From assembly GCF_009914755.1 (NCBI RefSeq), contig NC_060934.1: 64,000 nucleotides of DNA. The stretch is one strand, 5' to 3'. The notes beneath the pieces were generated by a model. The model saw only the letters and a list, made by a program, of their open reading frames with translations. It was not told the origin of the DNA and searched no databases. Positions 13,658 to 30,846 of this stretch are shown piece by piece; position 1 is the stretch's first letter, and each line of letters starts with the position of its first letter. This DNA comes from the human T2T-CHM13v2.0 reference genome, Homo sapiens. The translations under genes were made by a program, and so were the position numbers.

Positions 13658-15744
13658 TGGTGTATTTGTTTTAAATTTAAAGTTTACTAAATTTAATGAT
13701 ATCTGGGGAATCAGCTTGCTTCCTGGGGATCTGGATGTACTTGAGGTGAGAGGGTGGGGATTCAGAATTATCCTTTCTATCGCAGCATGTTCTGGATTGA
13801 TTCATGTAGGTCTCAAGTGTGTGTAATATTTCATTTCTTTGTGCAATTTTGGCATGCCGAGGCGGGCACCCTGAAGCTCCGGCAGAGCCTGGAGACAGAG
13901 TGGGGAGCTCTCCGCTCTTTCCCTTCCTTCATCCCAGCTGACTTCGACTGGAATTGAATTCATCAGCTGCTGGAGAGTTGTTTTATTTGCCCTGCTGGTG
14001 GAGAGGGAGGAAAGGAACATCATGGGGCCAGGCTTTTTTTTTTTAAAGGAAAGATTTGATTTACTTTCCCCCTTAGTAGCATGATGGGCACCTGCACCCG
14101 CCAGCTAATCAGAAGCCACTGTCCCCTGAATGCCTCCGCTGCCCACCAGATCCTGACAGCATCCCACGCGGGAGCACTCTCGTGTGCCCCTGGCAGCTTC
14201 TGCTGCCTGGCAGTTCTCTAAACTTGCTGGTGTCTCTCTGCCCGGAGGCTCAGAAACCCAGAGGACTGACCACTTCTTGAGGCTCATGTCCAGTTTGCAA
14301 AGAGCCCCCAGCAAGCAGAGAAGGGGATTTTTGTACCAGCGATATCTCTTCTCCACTCCTCAACACACTCCTTTCCACTCTGTCTCCTATAAACATGGAA
14401 CAGCCAGGAATACTCAAATCCTAGCCTGTCATGAAGCCAAAAATTGATAGAGATCTACTGTCCAGAATGATTTCTTATAGTGACCCTGTGTTTAGTTGGT
14501 AAGACTTTCTTAAACCATGAGGGATTCTGGTCCCACAGGGCAGTAATATCTGGGGCAGAGCCTGAGACTTTTCTCATTGATTTCCTCTGTGAGCCAGGAG
14601 TGACTGCTCTGATGCAGGGTGCTGTGTGGTTGGTAGAAGCTGGCGTTATCCCATTTTACCCACGAGGAAACAAATGACCAGTGGTGGAGCGGGAGCTCAG
14701 CATCCCATGTGCCCACTTCCTCCTCGGGTGGACTTTTCACCTGCCCATGCCGTCTTCTTTGCAAACTTTACTGCAGTGACGGAGACATCTTTAAATACAA
14801 ATTCTTGGGGGAACCCTGTGTTCCTTGGCTGGAGCCTGGCTGGGAAGGAGGAGGGAGCAGAGGGCTCTCTTGGGTGTGGCCTATTGCAGTTGAGCCAGGG
14901 AAAGGCTGGTCCACTGGAGACACCCTCTCTGGTCACCGCAGACTTCCTGCCCTCCATCCAGTGTCCTTCTACTTGCAGGATGTGTGCCCAGCAGAGAGAA
15001 TCTCTGAAGCCATGTCATTATTGGGATAACATTCCTGTCCCAGTCACCTTATTTCTCAGAAAAAGGACAATGGGAAACAAGTTTTTATTGAATCCTATGC
15101 TGGGCCTATTAATGGGGTCTCTTACTTTTCATAGCAGCACTGCAAACAGAGTTACGTTTCTATTCATTTTATGGATTAGAAAGCTGAGATCCAGAGCGGG
15201 CAGATGTAAACCTGGGGTCTTTAAAATGCATCCTTTTTGCAAACAAATAAACTTAGTGTATTAAAAGGGCTGGAGAGAGCAGAGTAAGGTAACATTTGGG
15301 TGGTCAGCATGTAGTTCTGGGTCCCCACAGTGGAGATGGCACAGTGCTGGGTGCTGGGGGAACTATGGTCACTAAGAGACACTGAATAATTTAATGCATG
15401 CCCCTGATTCCATCACTGACTGTTGAGGTAACACATACATTTATATTGTCAGTGGTGGTGATGATTACATGAGCTGCGTAAAGCGTTTGACCAGTGCCTG
15501 CACATAACATAGTAGGTGCTCAATAAAGATCACCCACTCTTAAGAGGTGGGAGGAGGTGAAGTCATCTTTCTGGGGAGTGTTGCCCTGTTGTTCTCTGCT
15601 GCATTCTTTCTGTCCTTTGGGCTCCGAGAATGCTGGGTTGGGCAGTGTGAGTGGTCTTCTCAGGCCTCTGTGACATGTTGCTTTCATGAAAGGTTCCCCT
15701 CTAGCCAAAGACTGAGTGGTCCTTGCAGGCTTTCTCCTGAGTCC

Positions 15745-16161
<417 letters not shown>

Positions 16162-18789
16162 TCACCTAGCACCGGCCAGCTGCGGTGCTGGGAGGAACAG
16201 GGCCTGGCTCTGGGAGGCAGCTGGGAGAGTCAGGAAGTGAAGAAAGTTCTTGTGGGTGTGATGGTGGAAACCCAAGCAGCGTCCAGAGGGAGCACAAGAG
16301 GGAGGGACAAATCTTGGGAGGGTCCCGGGCCAATGGGACCCAGTGTAAGAAATTGCACCTGTCCTGGCAGATAGAGAAGGTGGAAGCAGTGAATGGTAGA
16401 GCATCCTCACTCTTCTCTCTGCCAGCAAGCACCTTTGGGGAAGTCCTCACGGACAGGAATGTCGTGTGTCTTGGCTTGAGATGTCAAAGAAACATGTTGG
16501 ACACACCATGGTGACAGAGCAGGAGTCTCTTAACCCCGGCGTGGTTGAGGCTGCCGTTCTGGTGGGATCTGGGGTCAGTCAGGGGTTAACAGTCGCTCCT
16601 GCTTGCCTGATTGACACAGTAATAAAGGCAGTGACACCAAACTAGGTCTCAGGAATGTGTCCTCGTTAGAAAGACTCACTAATGGTTGTGGGGGGGTGGC
16701 CCATGAGTCCTTCTGGGTGGTGGCGAGAAGTAGGGGACCCTTTGGGCTTTGCCCTTTTTGGTCATAGGACTTCACTCCACAGACATAATTGAACCGTTGG
16801 GTTTCTGCAGCCAAATTCAAATGTCACCAATCTTGGTCACCCCTTTCATCTCTTGGGTCCTCTGTAAGTTATAGCTATCTGATAGTTTACTGAAAAATAA
16901 ACTGAAAATATGTTTTAAATTGTACTTTCGATTTAAAATAATGTTTAGAGACAAAAAAAAAGGGTCCAATCCACTTGGAGAAAAGCATTGTCAAAGGTGG
17001 TTGATTTTTTTCTTTTGCTGTTTTAAAGTGGTAAGTGGATGAGTGTTTTGGATATATTGATTTTTCAGGTGTGCAGGCGGTCACATGAACAGCTGACATT
17101 TTTTTTTTTTTCATGTGGACTTCAGCCAGTCTTGACACCTGCCCCTTAACGAAAAGTAAACCATCGCCTTGTTTGACAGTTTAAGTGCAGTGATACGGAT
17201 GGAGGCAGGTTTACGTTATGTTAAAGGCTTGACAACCCAGAACCCCCCTGTTGGTTTCTTTGTTGTAACCTTTGAGCCGGTGGCCTGCTGAAATGTCACC
17301 TTTGCCCTTCTTTAAAAGCAGGAATAATAGGTGGTGAGTGGGTGGATGCCTCTTAAAATACTGGAAAGTGCTGTGGCCCGAGGGTAAGCTTTTTAGAAGT
17401 GAGTGTGTGTGTTGTGTTGTTTTAATTAATGAATCTTCTGGGCCTGAAGATAATGAGGTCAGTGAGGGCAGCCATGCTGCCTCACAGCTCACCTTAGGGT
17501 CCTTGTTGTCCAGAACGTGCCTGACCTACTGGAGGGGCCTGGGAATGCTTCTTTGATTGACGTGGGTAGGAAGACAGATGTGGCGGCCTCCATGCTGATG
17601 GGAGGCAGCTGGGAAGAAGGTCATGGGCACCATCTCAGGAGTGGCAGAGCCACCTCCCCCTCTCCTCACCCCGTGTGTCTGGATTCTTCCAGCTGTGTGG
17701 TCCTTCTTCCTGCCTGGAAATGAGCATCCTGCAGAGCTCGGCTCCTGTTCACACCCTCCTCCTAACCCCCTACTCTCCCTCTCCCTTTCATCCAGGGCTG
17801 GAGGACCAGATGGGCTTTACCTGATGGAGTGTGCTTTGCTGACATGGTGCAAAGAGCCAATTCCTGGTTGCAAAGAGGCAGCTGGGTGCAGAGGCGGGGT
17901 GCATTCCTGTAATAATAATAACTTGTGTTTTTATAATACTTTACAGTCTAAGTACTTTTCAAATACTTGACCTCATTTAGTTCTCACCACAGCCCTCTGA
18001 AGGGATATTACTATTACCTTCATTTTATAGATGCGTTAACCAGGGCTTGTTTTGGGAGGTAGAGGGGGTGTGAGGGGGACAGAGGGGAGGGAACCAGTGT
18101 TGAATGAATTCTGAGGCCCTGCCAAAGCAGCCAGCTAGCTAGGTGTTGTTTAATGGACTCTTTGCATCTACAGAATGAGGGAGGTGGGATAAGGGGAAAT
18201 TATTTCACAATAACTGAAGGTCGGAGAGACTAACTCTCTGCTCATTGTCACACAGCAGTTGAGTGCCAGCTGGGATTTGTCACCCAGGTCACCTGACTCC
18301 TAAGCCCTGTGATCGTTCTCTTCTGTCTCTAGTATACCCAGCATAATGCCCGGCAAAGTGCTGGCATCAATAAATATTTGTCGAATGTTAAATGAGGCTT
18401 AAAGAGAACCATTCATGCTTGGCACAGGGGCACAGTGAGACAAACATGTTTCCTGCCCTCGTAACCTTCGCTTCCAAATTCTGTGACCTTGGGCGGGTTG
18501 CCTGAGCTCTTTTCCAGCTCAGTTTCCTGAAAACTCATCCGGAAAATGGGTAAAATATCAGAGTGCATTCTGTATGGTAAGACTGCAAATGTTAGATGAT
18601 TCTGCTACTTATTATTGTTTTCTTTTTCTCACCACACACCTTCCCTTTTTATGTACACCTCCTAGGAAGTAAGTTTCTGATAACATACTGCATTGTTGGA
18701 TAACAGCAACAAAAAGCACTTCCTGACATTATTGCCCAAATCACCAAATGAGGCAATTACCAACTTTGGAATAAGAATAGCAACGGTGG

Positions 18790-19020
18790 TAAGAGCTGAC
18801 ATTTCTTGAGCGCTTGCCATATGCTGGGTGTACTACTATAAGCTGCTGCCTGCAATTATGATTTGGGAACAACTCTGAAAGTAGTTACCTCCCATTTTAT
18901 AGAAGAGTAAACTGAGGTTCAGAGAGGTTAAGTAACCCCCCCAGGGTCTCTCAGGAAGTAGTTGGTGGCCTGGGATTCAAACACCAGAATTGGTCTGACT
19001 TCCCACTCTTTAAACCACAC
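18790..19020. mobile_element. MIR (further MIR fragments near 17910-18040, 18470-18600, 19990-20160)
   Basis: cccattttatagaagagtaaactgaggttcagagaggttaagtaac...gggattcaaacaccag MIR core. Confidence 0.75.
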
Positions 19021-20759
19021 TCAAAACTGAACTCTCCACGTGTGTGTGTTCTGGGCATTTTCGCATCTCCCTTGGCTTGTTGACAGCGTGGACTTTTGCT
19101 TTCCCATTCTCATAGAACATGGCCAGTGCAGGAGGAGGAAATCCACACTGGTCTTTGGACTGAACCAGAGGCTGGCGATGGTCCCGAAACAGGGTGCCAA
19201 GTGGCTGACCCTTGTTTTTATGCCTTGCGCTGGTAAGCTTGGGGCACCAGGAGTTCTTTGAATTTCTCTTTCTTGACTGTCCACGCCTTCTTTAGGCAAT
19301 CTTTTAACAGGCTATGTTTTAAATCTTATTGACATCTCTGAAGAAAGAGGAGGAAAAAAAAATCAAGACATGGCCTTAGAGAAGTGACAGGTTTTCTTTG
19401 AGATTTTGTTTTCTGTTTTCCTTTTTATTTTGTGCACATTGCAAAACCTCTTTGGGATGATGATTTCGTGTGGTTTCTTGGTAGCCCTTGGGCAGCTGCT
19501 GCCAGGTTTCACCCAAATGCATTGTGACCCCCTGTTTCGTGGGACGGCTTTGCCTCCACATGGCTGATTGTGCTCTGTGTGTCCGCTGTGGGCAGAGTGT
19601 GATTGTAAGAATCAGAATTCTGCTGGGCTTGCTAGCATTTAAAAAATCTCTATAAGTTTGAGAACTGGTTGGAAGGGAGAGATGCAGCGACTTAGAACAC
19701 CCGGCCTGCAGCTGAGCTTCCGTGTGCCTGGGAGGAGCCCATATGGAGAAACAGGAAAATTCCACTTCACCAGAAAGCTGGGGAAATGAGTGGGAGTAGG
19801 GGCCAGGCTGGTTAACTAGGAAGACTTTTGGTCACTCTGCTTTACTTAGCCTAAAGTGTTCATTTCCCCCTTAAGCGGTGGTTAATACGCGTATCTGCAG
19901 ATTTACTTTTTGGATGATTTAAAATCTTGCAACATCTCAAGGGATTGTATCCTGATGATACTGATTATATTAATAACAAGATAATAGCTTATAATATAAT
20001 AGCTAGCAATTACCAAGCACTTACCTTACACCAGGTACAATGCCAGGCATTTGATCCTTACACGAACTCTGAGAGATGGCTGTTTGTATTCCCATTTTAC
20101 AGATGAGGGAAGCTGTGCTGAGAGAGGTGAGTTCATTTGCCCAAGCTCACCCACTTTGAGATGGTCTGCTTTTATATCCTCTTAGCCCAATTCTTTTGGA
20201 TGTCAGCACTTGGCATGTATTAGGCACTGGATAAGTGTTTTGTTGAATGAACAAAATGATGGAACTTGGATTTGAACCCAGGTCTGAGCTGGCTTTGAGT
20301 CTTCAGAATAGTAGGTCCAATTAGTGGAGTGGGGGCTCAGTAGTCCAAAGGGAAAGGAGCAAGGAGACATTGTGGGGGCCGAGAAGAGGGCTTCTGGGGT
20401 GTTTCCTGGGCACATTGGCATTAAAGGCATAGTGTGAAGTGCCATTCAAGACCATGTGCTGGATTAGTGTTTTTCCTCTCCACTTGAGGTGCTTGCGATT
20501 GGCTTTGTGCCCCGGTGTCTGCAAAGTGAGTTGGGCTGAACTCAGGAAGACCTTTTGGTTGGGATGACTGTGTATTCACCTGCACCTGAGTAGGGACTGA
20601 GTTTCACTTGCCAGTTTTACCGCAGCAAGACCTCGTTAAGTTGGCTTCCTCTCATTTAGGCATTTGGGAAACTTTAGGCGGCTGGAGTTTAATTCTCAAG
20701 GCAAAGCCCCTTTTCAAGGGACATGAAGAAAGGCAGAGGGATATATTTAAAATACCTGA

Positions 20760-21276
<517 letters not shown>

Positions 21277-21315
21277 TCACTATCAGTGGGTCTGTTAATC
21301 AGGTGTCCAACCTGG

Positions 21316-21633
21316 TGCTGGGCTTGGTGGCTCATGCCTGTAATCCTAGCACTCTGGGAGGCCAAGGCGAGTGGATCATCTGAGGTCAGGAGTACAAGAC
21401 CAGCCTGGCCAACATAGTAAAACCCCATCTCTACTAAAAATACAAAAATTAGCTAGGCATGGTGGGATGCATCTGTAGTCCCAGCTACTCAAGAAGATGA
21501 GGCAGGAGAATGGCTTGAACCTGGGAGGCGGAGATTGCAGTGAGCCAAGATCATGCCACTGCACTCCATCCAGCCTGGACAACAAAGCGAGACTCTCACA
21601 ACAAAACAAAACAAACAAACAAACAAACAAAAA
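21316..21633 (+). mobile_element. AluS with (AAAC)n tail
   Basis: Sense Alu dimer. Confidence 0.93.
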
Positions 21634-21916
21634 GTCACTTGCTTCTTTTTTTGCTTGCTTATGGACATAAACCCTGTAAACTATCTCATACATCATGGGA
21701 GTGAGTTTGCAGTGGGTAGACTGCTATTCACAAACTCATATACATCCTATGAAGGAGTACAGGTTAAATAACCATTATCCAAAATGCTTGGGGCTGAAAG
21801 TGTTTTGGATTTTTAATTTTTTTCAGATTTTGGAATATTCGCATATACATAATGAGATATCCTGGGGATGGGACCCAAATCTGAACAGGAAATTCATTTA
21901 TGTTTTATATAAACCC

Positions 21917-22218
<302 letters not shown>

Positions 22219-22371
22219 TTATATAAACCTTAGGTAATTTTATACAATATTTTAAATAATTTTTGTGCATGAAACAGAGTTTTGACTGCATTTTGACTGT
22301 GACTCCTCACTTGAGGTCAGGTGTAGACTTTTCCACTTGTGGTGTCAAATTTCAGATTTTGAAGCTTTATA

Positions 22372-22980
22372 TAATGAGATAGGGTCTTGCTCTGTTGCCC
22401 AGGCTGAAGTACGGTGGCACAATCACAGCTCACTGCAACCATGACCTCCTGGGCTCAAGTGATCCTCCCATCTCAGCCACCTGAGTAGCTGGGACTACAG
22501 GCATGCACTGTGACTGGATTTTTTTTTTTTTTTTTTTTTTTGAGACGGAGTCTGGAATCTCAAGTCTCGCTCTGGTGCCCAGGCTGGAGTGCAAGTGGCG
22601 CGTTCTTGGCTCACTGCAATCTCCGCCTCCTGGGTTCAAGTGATTCTCCTGTCTCAGCCTCCTGAGTAGCTGGGATTATAGGCGTGTGCCACCACTTCTG
22701 GCTAATTTTTGTAGTTTTAGTAGGGTCGGAGTTTCACTGTGTTGGCCAGGTTGGTCTTGAACTCCTGAACTGAAGTGATCTGCCCACCTTGGCCTCCCAG
22801 AGTGATGGGATTATAGGCATGAGCCACCGTGCCCAGCCTTGGCTAATTTTTTATATTTTTTGTAGAGACAGGGTTTCGCTATGTTGCCCAGGTTGGTCTT
22901 GAATTCCTGGACTCAAGCAATCTGCCCACCTTGGCCTCGCAAAGTGCTGGGATTACAGGTGTGAGTCACCGCTCCTGGCC
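22372..22980 (-). mobile_element. AluJ inside Tigger4, itself split at its linker (22372-22518 and 22839-22980)
   Basis: Right arm and left arm separated by another Alu; TSD-like tgaagcttt / tgaagcatt. Confidence 0.85.
22519..22838 (-). mobile_element. AluS nested in AluJ
   Basis: Full antisense Alu between the two AluJ arms. Confidence 0.92.
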
Positions 22981-23167
22981 TGAAGCATTTTGGATTTTTG
23001 GGTTAGAGTTGCACAGCCTTTACTGTTATTATCCTGATGTTATTATCCACATTTTACAGGCAAGGATCTGGAGGCGTAGAGAGGTAAAATCATTTTTTCA
23101 AAGCCCCAGAAGTACTAAGCCGCAGATTCTGAATTTGAACTCAGGCATTCTGGGTCAGAATTAGTGA

Positions 23168-23758
<591 letters not shown>

Positions 23759-26355
23759 TAAGTTTGGTTTTTAACCATGCTGCTTTTTCTAGACCCTTCT
23801 GTCAGCCAGCTCCACAATGGTGAATCAGGGAGTTAGGTCCGTCTGTAAGAGAGGGCCCAGGAGCTGGGTCAGATAGGTAAAGAGACATTCCTTAGTTCTT
23901 ATCCTCTGCTACCAAGCCATTTCTTGGGATCAAGCCCTCTTTGGCCTGTGTCATTCCACCTCCATTAAGTTCAGCCTTCTTTCCTTCTTTCCACATCTTT
24001 CCACTGCTGTTGAAAACTTGAGACCTGAAATCCCATCTCCTGAATTCCTGGGAGCTCTAGAAGTGGAGATGGCCAGGTTCTGTGGTCAGAGCTGGTTGGG
24101 ATTACAAATAAACCAAAGCCTGGGAAACTTTCTTGCTATTAATAGCGCAGACCTTTTGGGGAGGGAATACCCAAACTCGATGCTGTTGGAATTGATTTTG
24201 CCTGTCTAGATGACATACTAATGAGCTAAGTGGTTAGCTTCGGATCATTATTGCTCTTTCCCAAGCCAAGTTCTTTTAAAGACTAAAACCACAAAAGCAG
24301 AGAACGAGTTGGGTTAGAGAGGCATAGTGGCTGGGTCCAGAGAAGGGAGAGTGGTCAGCCCTGGCCTTAAACATGAGAAAATAAAGGTGGTCCTTGCTTT
24401 GGAATGAGTTAGTGGTGCTGACTAATTCAACTGGTTTTTCTTTTTCTTTTTGGAAGTGGAATTTGATTTGGTGTCTGGATTTTGATAGGGCCATTTATAT
24501 TTCTTCAGCACTTTTTGGTTCTTGCAGAAAGTTACATTCCTAGTTCCTCAACTGCTTATTTCTTTTTGGTTTTTGAAGCAGGAATTTGATTTGGTGTCTG
24601 GGTTTTGATAGGGGTGTTTATGTTTCATCAATGTCTTTTGGTTCTTTCAGCGTTTCTCTCCTTGTCTGTCATGTGTCAGAGAGGGTGCCTGTCAACGATT
24701 CTCTCTCTCCAGGGAGAAAGTCTTTCTTAAAACAGCCCTAAGATCCTTATCTCCTCAAATCACCCACTTTGATGATAATATCCATTGTTCTCTTCTCTGC
24801 TTCTTGGCATATTCTAGTCAGTCTATGTATACAATTAAAAAAACAAAACAGCCCTCTGTGTCCAAAGTGCTTGGAATATCCCAGTGTTTCACAGGAGACT
24901 TTGGAAGTGGACAAAACTGTATTTCCTTCCCCAAATGAGGTTATTGTGCTCGAAATATCTCCTGGTAGTTTATTAAAGGAAACCGCAGGCAGGGGTAAGA
25001 GAGGCAGTTTCTACAGCCTGCAACCCTATTATCTTGCCTCTTCTTTTCGACCCTCCTTCCTCCCTCTCCTCTTCTCTCCCCCCCTCACCCTATTCAACCC
25101 AGCCCCACATGTCATGCCGTCCCCAGGAGGTAGCCCTGCAGCCCTGCTTCTCTGGGATGGTCTGTTCTTGCCACCCGTCCCATGGAACGTGAAGAAGGAA
25201 TTTGGGGTGTGGACTTCCTTGAGTGACTAGGATTAGACCCGTCGGGTCTGCAGTCAGACGAGAAGCGTGTGGGCAAAGGGAACTATTGTGTGAGGCTTCT
25301 CTGGACAGAAAGCCTGCCTTCATCTTTTACTGTGCCTAATGGACAATTGAGACATTCAGCTTATGTCTGAAAGGAAAGTGGGCCGGGATGGTCTAGCAGA
25401 CCTCCCAGATGAAGGCTTGTAGGAGGAGCAAATAGAGACAAGGATTACCAACAGGGGGAACAACTGGGGCAGAGTCCTGGGAGAGAATGTTTATTTCCTT
25501 GCTCTCTAGGAGGGATTTGGAAAGAGCCATAATCCTGGGTTAGGAGTAATTTGTTACAGCAAGATGATACTTGAGTGACAGGCTGCTTCTGGCTGAGGCA
25601 GCAAGACTTGCATGCAGGGGGGTCGTGGGGCCTCCAGAAGGTCAGCCTCCCGTAAATCTTCACCCTGGCTTTGGGGTTTGTTCCTCCCCAAGCAAAATTA
25701 ACCAGAGGCACTGCTGACCTTTGGGCTTCCTGGGTGTAGCGTTACGAAGCATCTCCACATGTTTGTCACAGCTAGAATTTGACAATAAAAATTTGGACAG
25801 GGAGACCCTGCCAGAGCCACTGACCTCTTTCCAATGTGACAAGGGGAAAAAAAACAAAAGGAAAACGCAGCACGGGGTGCGGTTTCAGTTGAAGTTGGAG
25901 GACACGGAGCCCAGCCTGTCTCGCATTTGCTGTCTATGTAGACTCACTAAAGCAAGTTAATTCATTGCTCTTTGACCGCCAAGTCTTTCGTTGTCTTTTG
26001 TTGTTGTGGAATGGGGGAAAGAAATACAGAATGGGGAGGAGAACCTAATTAGAAAAATCAAGCCTTGAGAGCTCCCAGCCATGGAGAAAGAAAGGGATTT
26101 TTTAGAAGTTGTGATTTTAATATCTGCTGCAATCTGATGATTCATGGATTTAAAATAACCCTTCCAGGTCACCAGGACCCTGTTACTTGCTGGCTTTGTA
26201 CCTCTCAAAGGTCATTTGTTGGCTTCGTCTCTTAACAATTTCCATGGTAGACCTAAAATTTCTGGCTGTGAAATCCCCTGTGTAGTGGGAAGAAGAAATA
26301 GCAAATCTTAGCTGCCTTGGACCTGATATAATTATTTGTCTTCATTTACATGGTT

Positions 26356-26356
26356 T
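26356..26356 (+). other. rs12243326 site, T allele
   Basis: Flank tcttcatttacatggtt[T]atccttcaagg recalled from memory; not database-checked. Confidence 0.7.
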
Positions 26357-26824
26357 ATCCTTCAAGGTTGAATAAATGATGTGGGAGCTAGTCAAGGGGC
26401 TTTAGGTATGTGATTTCATGCCTACTTTTTTTTAGGTAGAGAAACTGAGGTCACAGGGTACTAGAGAATGGACTCTAAGATTCAGGTTTCTGAATTGCCT
26501 GTGGTTTTGTTGACTCAACTGCTCTTCTGTTGTTTTTTAGCCACATGCCTTGAAACAGTCCTCTTTCCCATGTTTCTTCATCAGCACCATTAACCCAAGG
26601 TATACTGTCCTCTCTTATCTTTCACAAGGTCTTGGAGTTCCCATGCCTTTGTAAGCATCCCTCCCCGAGATTCAGCACCAACCAAAATCACATTTGGAAA
26701 AATTGCTTGTTTCCCAAGAAGCTTTGGAGGATATGATTTTGTATAGAACGGGTTCACAGGTTTTCTGTTCATTCTTCTATGGTGGAGTGTGTGTGTATGT
26801 GACTCTGTCTTCTCTCCATTCCTC

Positions 26825-27128
<304 letters not shown>

Positions 27129-27189
27129 TCCCCATCCCCTTTTATCTCTTAAATGAATGTGGTCACCATCAAAGATGGTGCCTGACTCT

Positions 27190-27620
27190 TTTTTGTTTTC
27201 AGTTCATCTTAAATTCACATATAATTCACACGTCATAAAATGTACCCATTTAAGGTGTACAGTTCAGTGGTTTTTTAGTCTATTTAGTATATTTACAAGA
27301 TTGTACAAACATACCAGTATCTTAATATTTTTATCATCCCCAAAAGAAACACTGTAACCCTAGCAGCCAGTCTCTACCCGCCTTCCCCATAGCTCCTGGC
27401 AATCACTAATTTACTTCCTGTCTCTATGAATTTGCCTATTTTGGTTATTTCATATAAAAAGAATCATACACCATGAAACTTTCTTCATCTGCCTTGAAGT
27501 TAGCATATTTTCAAGGGCTACCATGTTGTGGCATGTGTCAGTACTCCATTTGTTTTTATTACTGAATAGTATTCCATTTTATGGCTGTACCGCATTTTAG
27601 TTATCCAGCTATCGGTTGAG
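27190..27620 (-). mobile_element. L1MB-like 3' fragment
   Basis: ataattcaca...aaaatgtacccatttaaggtgtacagttcagtggtttt...ctgtctctatgaatttgcctatt...gaatagtattccatt. Confidence 0.8.
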
Positions 27621-28638
27621 ACTTGGTGCATTCTTATCCCAGAACATACCATATTCAGCTCCCAGTGACACCCACATTCATTCCTGGGCTGCTCCTTGTC
27701 TTCCAGCTATTTTCCTGGTCTCCTGTTGCCTCTGCCTACTTCAGCATGCTGTAGAGACATGGGTAGTAACTAAAACATTCCAATTAACTGCATTGTACTT
27801 GGCCTTTTTATAAGAAGCAGTAATTAGAAAATATGGTGGCCACAAGATTGATATTAAAGTGAAAGATTGTAAATACTTTTCTGCCTGAAGGTAGATGGCC
27901 TCTGGCCTGCCTCTTAGTGGGAGGTTCTTCCAGGAGCTTGCAAGCATCCATTATTTGTTAGTCATCAGCTTAGCGGCCAAGGAGCATTAGCCTGTCTTGC
28001 TCTGTCTGCTGAAGACTCTGAGAGACATGGGAGGGCAAGGGCTGCTCCTTTTGAATTCTTCCAATGTCTTCATGTCCTTTAACCTCCTGGCTTAGGGACT
28101 TGTGTGCTGGTGGTGGAGCTGACATTTGTTTGGAATCCACAGCCCTTTGGGTGGGACTCAATCTTGGGGTTGCCTGAAGACTTTGAGATGGCTAGGTCTG
28201 GGCCTCTTTTGGTCACTATGGAACAAGACTGTCTCAGAGGCCAGAGTCTGTCTCACCAGCTCCCTGTCTTGGGACTGCACCATTGCAGGGTCTTTGCCCT
28301 CCCCTGGAGATTTCTCTTCCTGCCTGGGCACCCATTGGCCATTCTGCCCGTAAGCTCAGTAGGGTGTAGGCAAAAGAGTTCTGGCCTGGAAGTACCAAAG
28401 TCCTGCGTTCTGGTTTCAGTCCCTCATAACTGTGTATAACTAAGTCACTTAGTTTTCTGTGCCTCACTTTCTTCTGTTTTAAGATGGATTTGGAGATTAT
28501 TGGCTTTGACCACCTAAAAAGGATGTAGTGACAATCAATTTAGAGGTCTAAAAGAGCCTTTGAGGAAGTAAAATGGAATCTTCAAATGGACTACATGCTG
28601 ATTATTGACACTGCCCTAGCACTGATAGTTGATGTTGA

Positions 28639-29088
<450 letters not shown>

Positions 29089-30358
29089 CTACTTACCTTC
29101 TTTGTGTTAATTCCTGCACCATTGATTAGCTTATTGTCCCATTGACTGTGTCTTTAGATGACTTCTCTGGGCCTCAGAATATCTAGTCCATAGCTGACAC
29201 AGAGCATCTGTTTAATGGTAAATGCTGCAGGAATCCATGCATTGGAGTAGAAAGAGTTTTAGATCATGTTCCTCATTTCTTGCTACAGACTTAGGCAAAG
29301 CGTGGAGAAGAGGTTGTCCAATGAAGAAATGAAGTGACATGCCAGGTCAGTGGCAGAGCTAGGCCTGGAAAATAGGTTTCCAGACTCTTCCCTTTCTACC
29401 ATACTTTTCCTGGGAGTACGCACTCGTAATTTGAAGAGCGACTTTTGGGAGAGGGTGGAAGGAAGGCCTGGGCCTCAGCCTAAGGGGCCCATTGGTTGTG
29501 AGAGGAGGGTCTGGTGAAATTCCATACCGATTGTCCGTGTGTGAGCTGCTGTACCATAGCCTCCCTGCAGAACCACTAACCTGTCAAATGCAGAAATAGT
29601 TCAGGGACAGAGCTGTTAAAGGATTGGCGGGTTAAAGAAAACAGTGAATCCCAAGTTTTGTTAATTGGATTTTTTTGTTTGTTAGTTATTTGTTTTGCTT
29701 CATTGTCTTCATCACACCAGGGGCCTCCTTAAATCTGGTGGAAAAATTTCCTTGGAAAACAATTCAGTGTTTGTCCATAGACTTGGGAGGGAGAGATGCT
29801 AGATGCTGGAAAGTCTTGCTTATTACTTTGGGGACACTGAGATGTTCCCTTCACCATGTACTTTGAGACACACATCCTGGTTGAGTTCAGGCAAGGATGC
29901 CTAACAGTTGATAAGAAAACTGGGAAAGATAGAAGGGATTTGTAAGGTAAGTCAGGGTGAGTGAAAACACATCCGGTATGCTGGAGACCTAGATGCTTGA
30001 CTGCCACTCGCTCCTGTCACCTCAGTCAATCTGGGTCTTGCTCTGTTGGCCTTAGTTTCCTCCTTGCTAACAGGTTAGTTCCACCTTTCTGCCCATTTAT
30101 TTTGTAGGGTTATTGTGGATGTCATTCTGAACTCTAAAATACCCTCTAAATATGAAGTGATATTAGTGCTCTTTACATTGTTATGATTAAAAATATTTAT
30201 GAGAAAAAGGTTAACTGTAAGGATTTCATTGAAAATCTTATAACAACCAACTGATAGAGATAGAAGATAAGGCTATTAAATTGTTCACACAGATGCCTTG
30301 ATATCCTACCTTTTTCCCCCTATATTCCTTTTATGTGAGAAATGAGATAGTGATTTAA

Positions 30359-30846
<488 letters not shown>

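Noticed and set aside
14626-15264. 212-aa ORF
   Set aside because: No recognisable protein features or exon structure; intronic.
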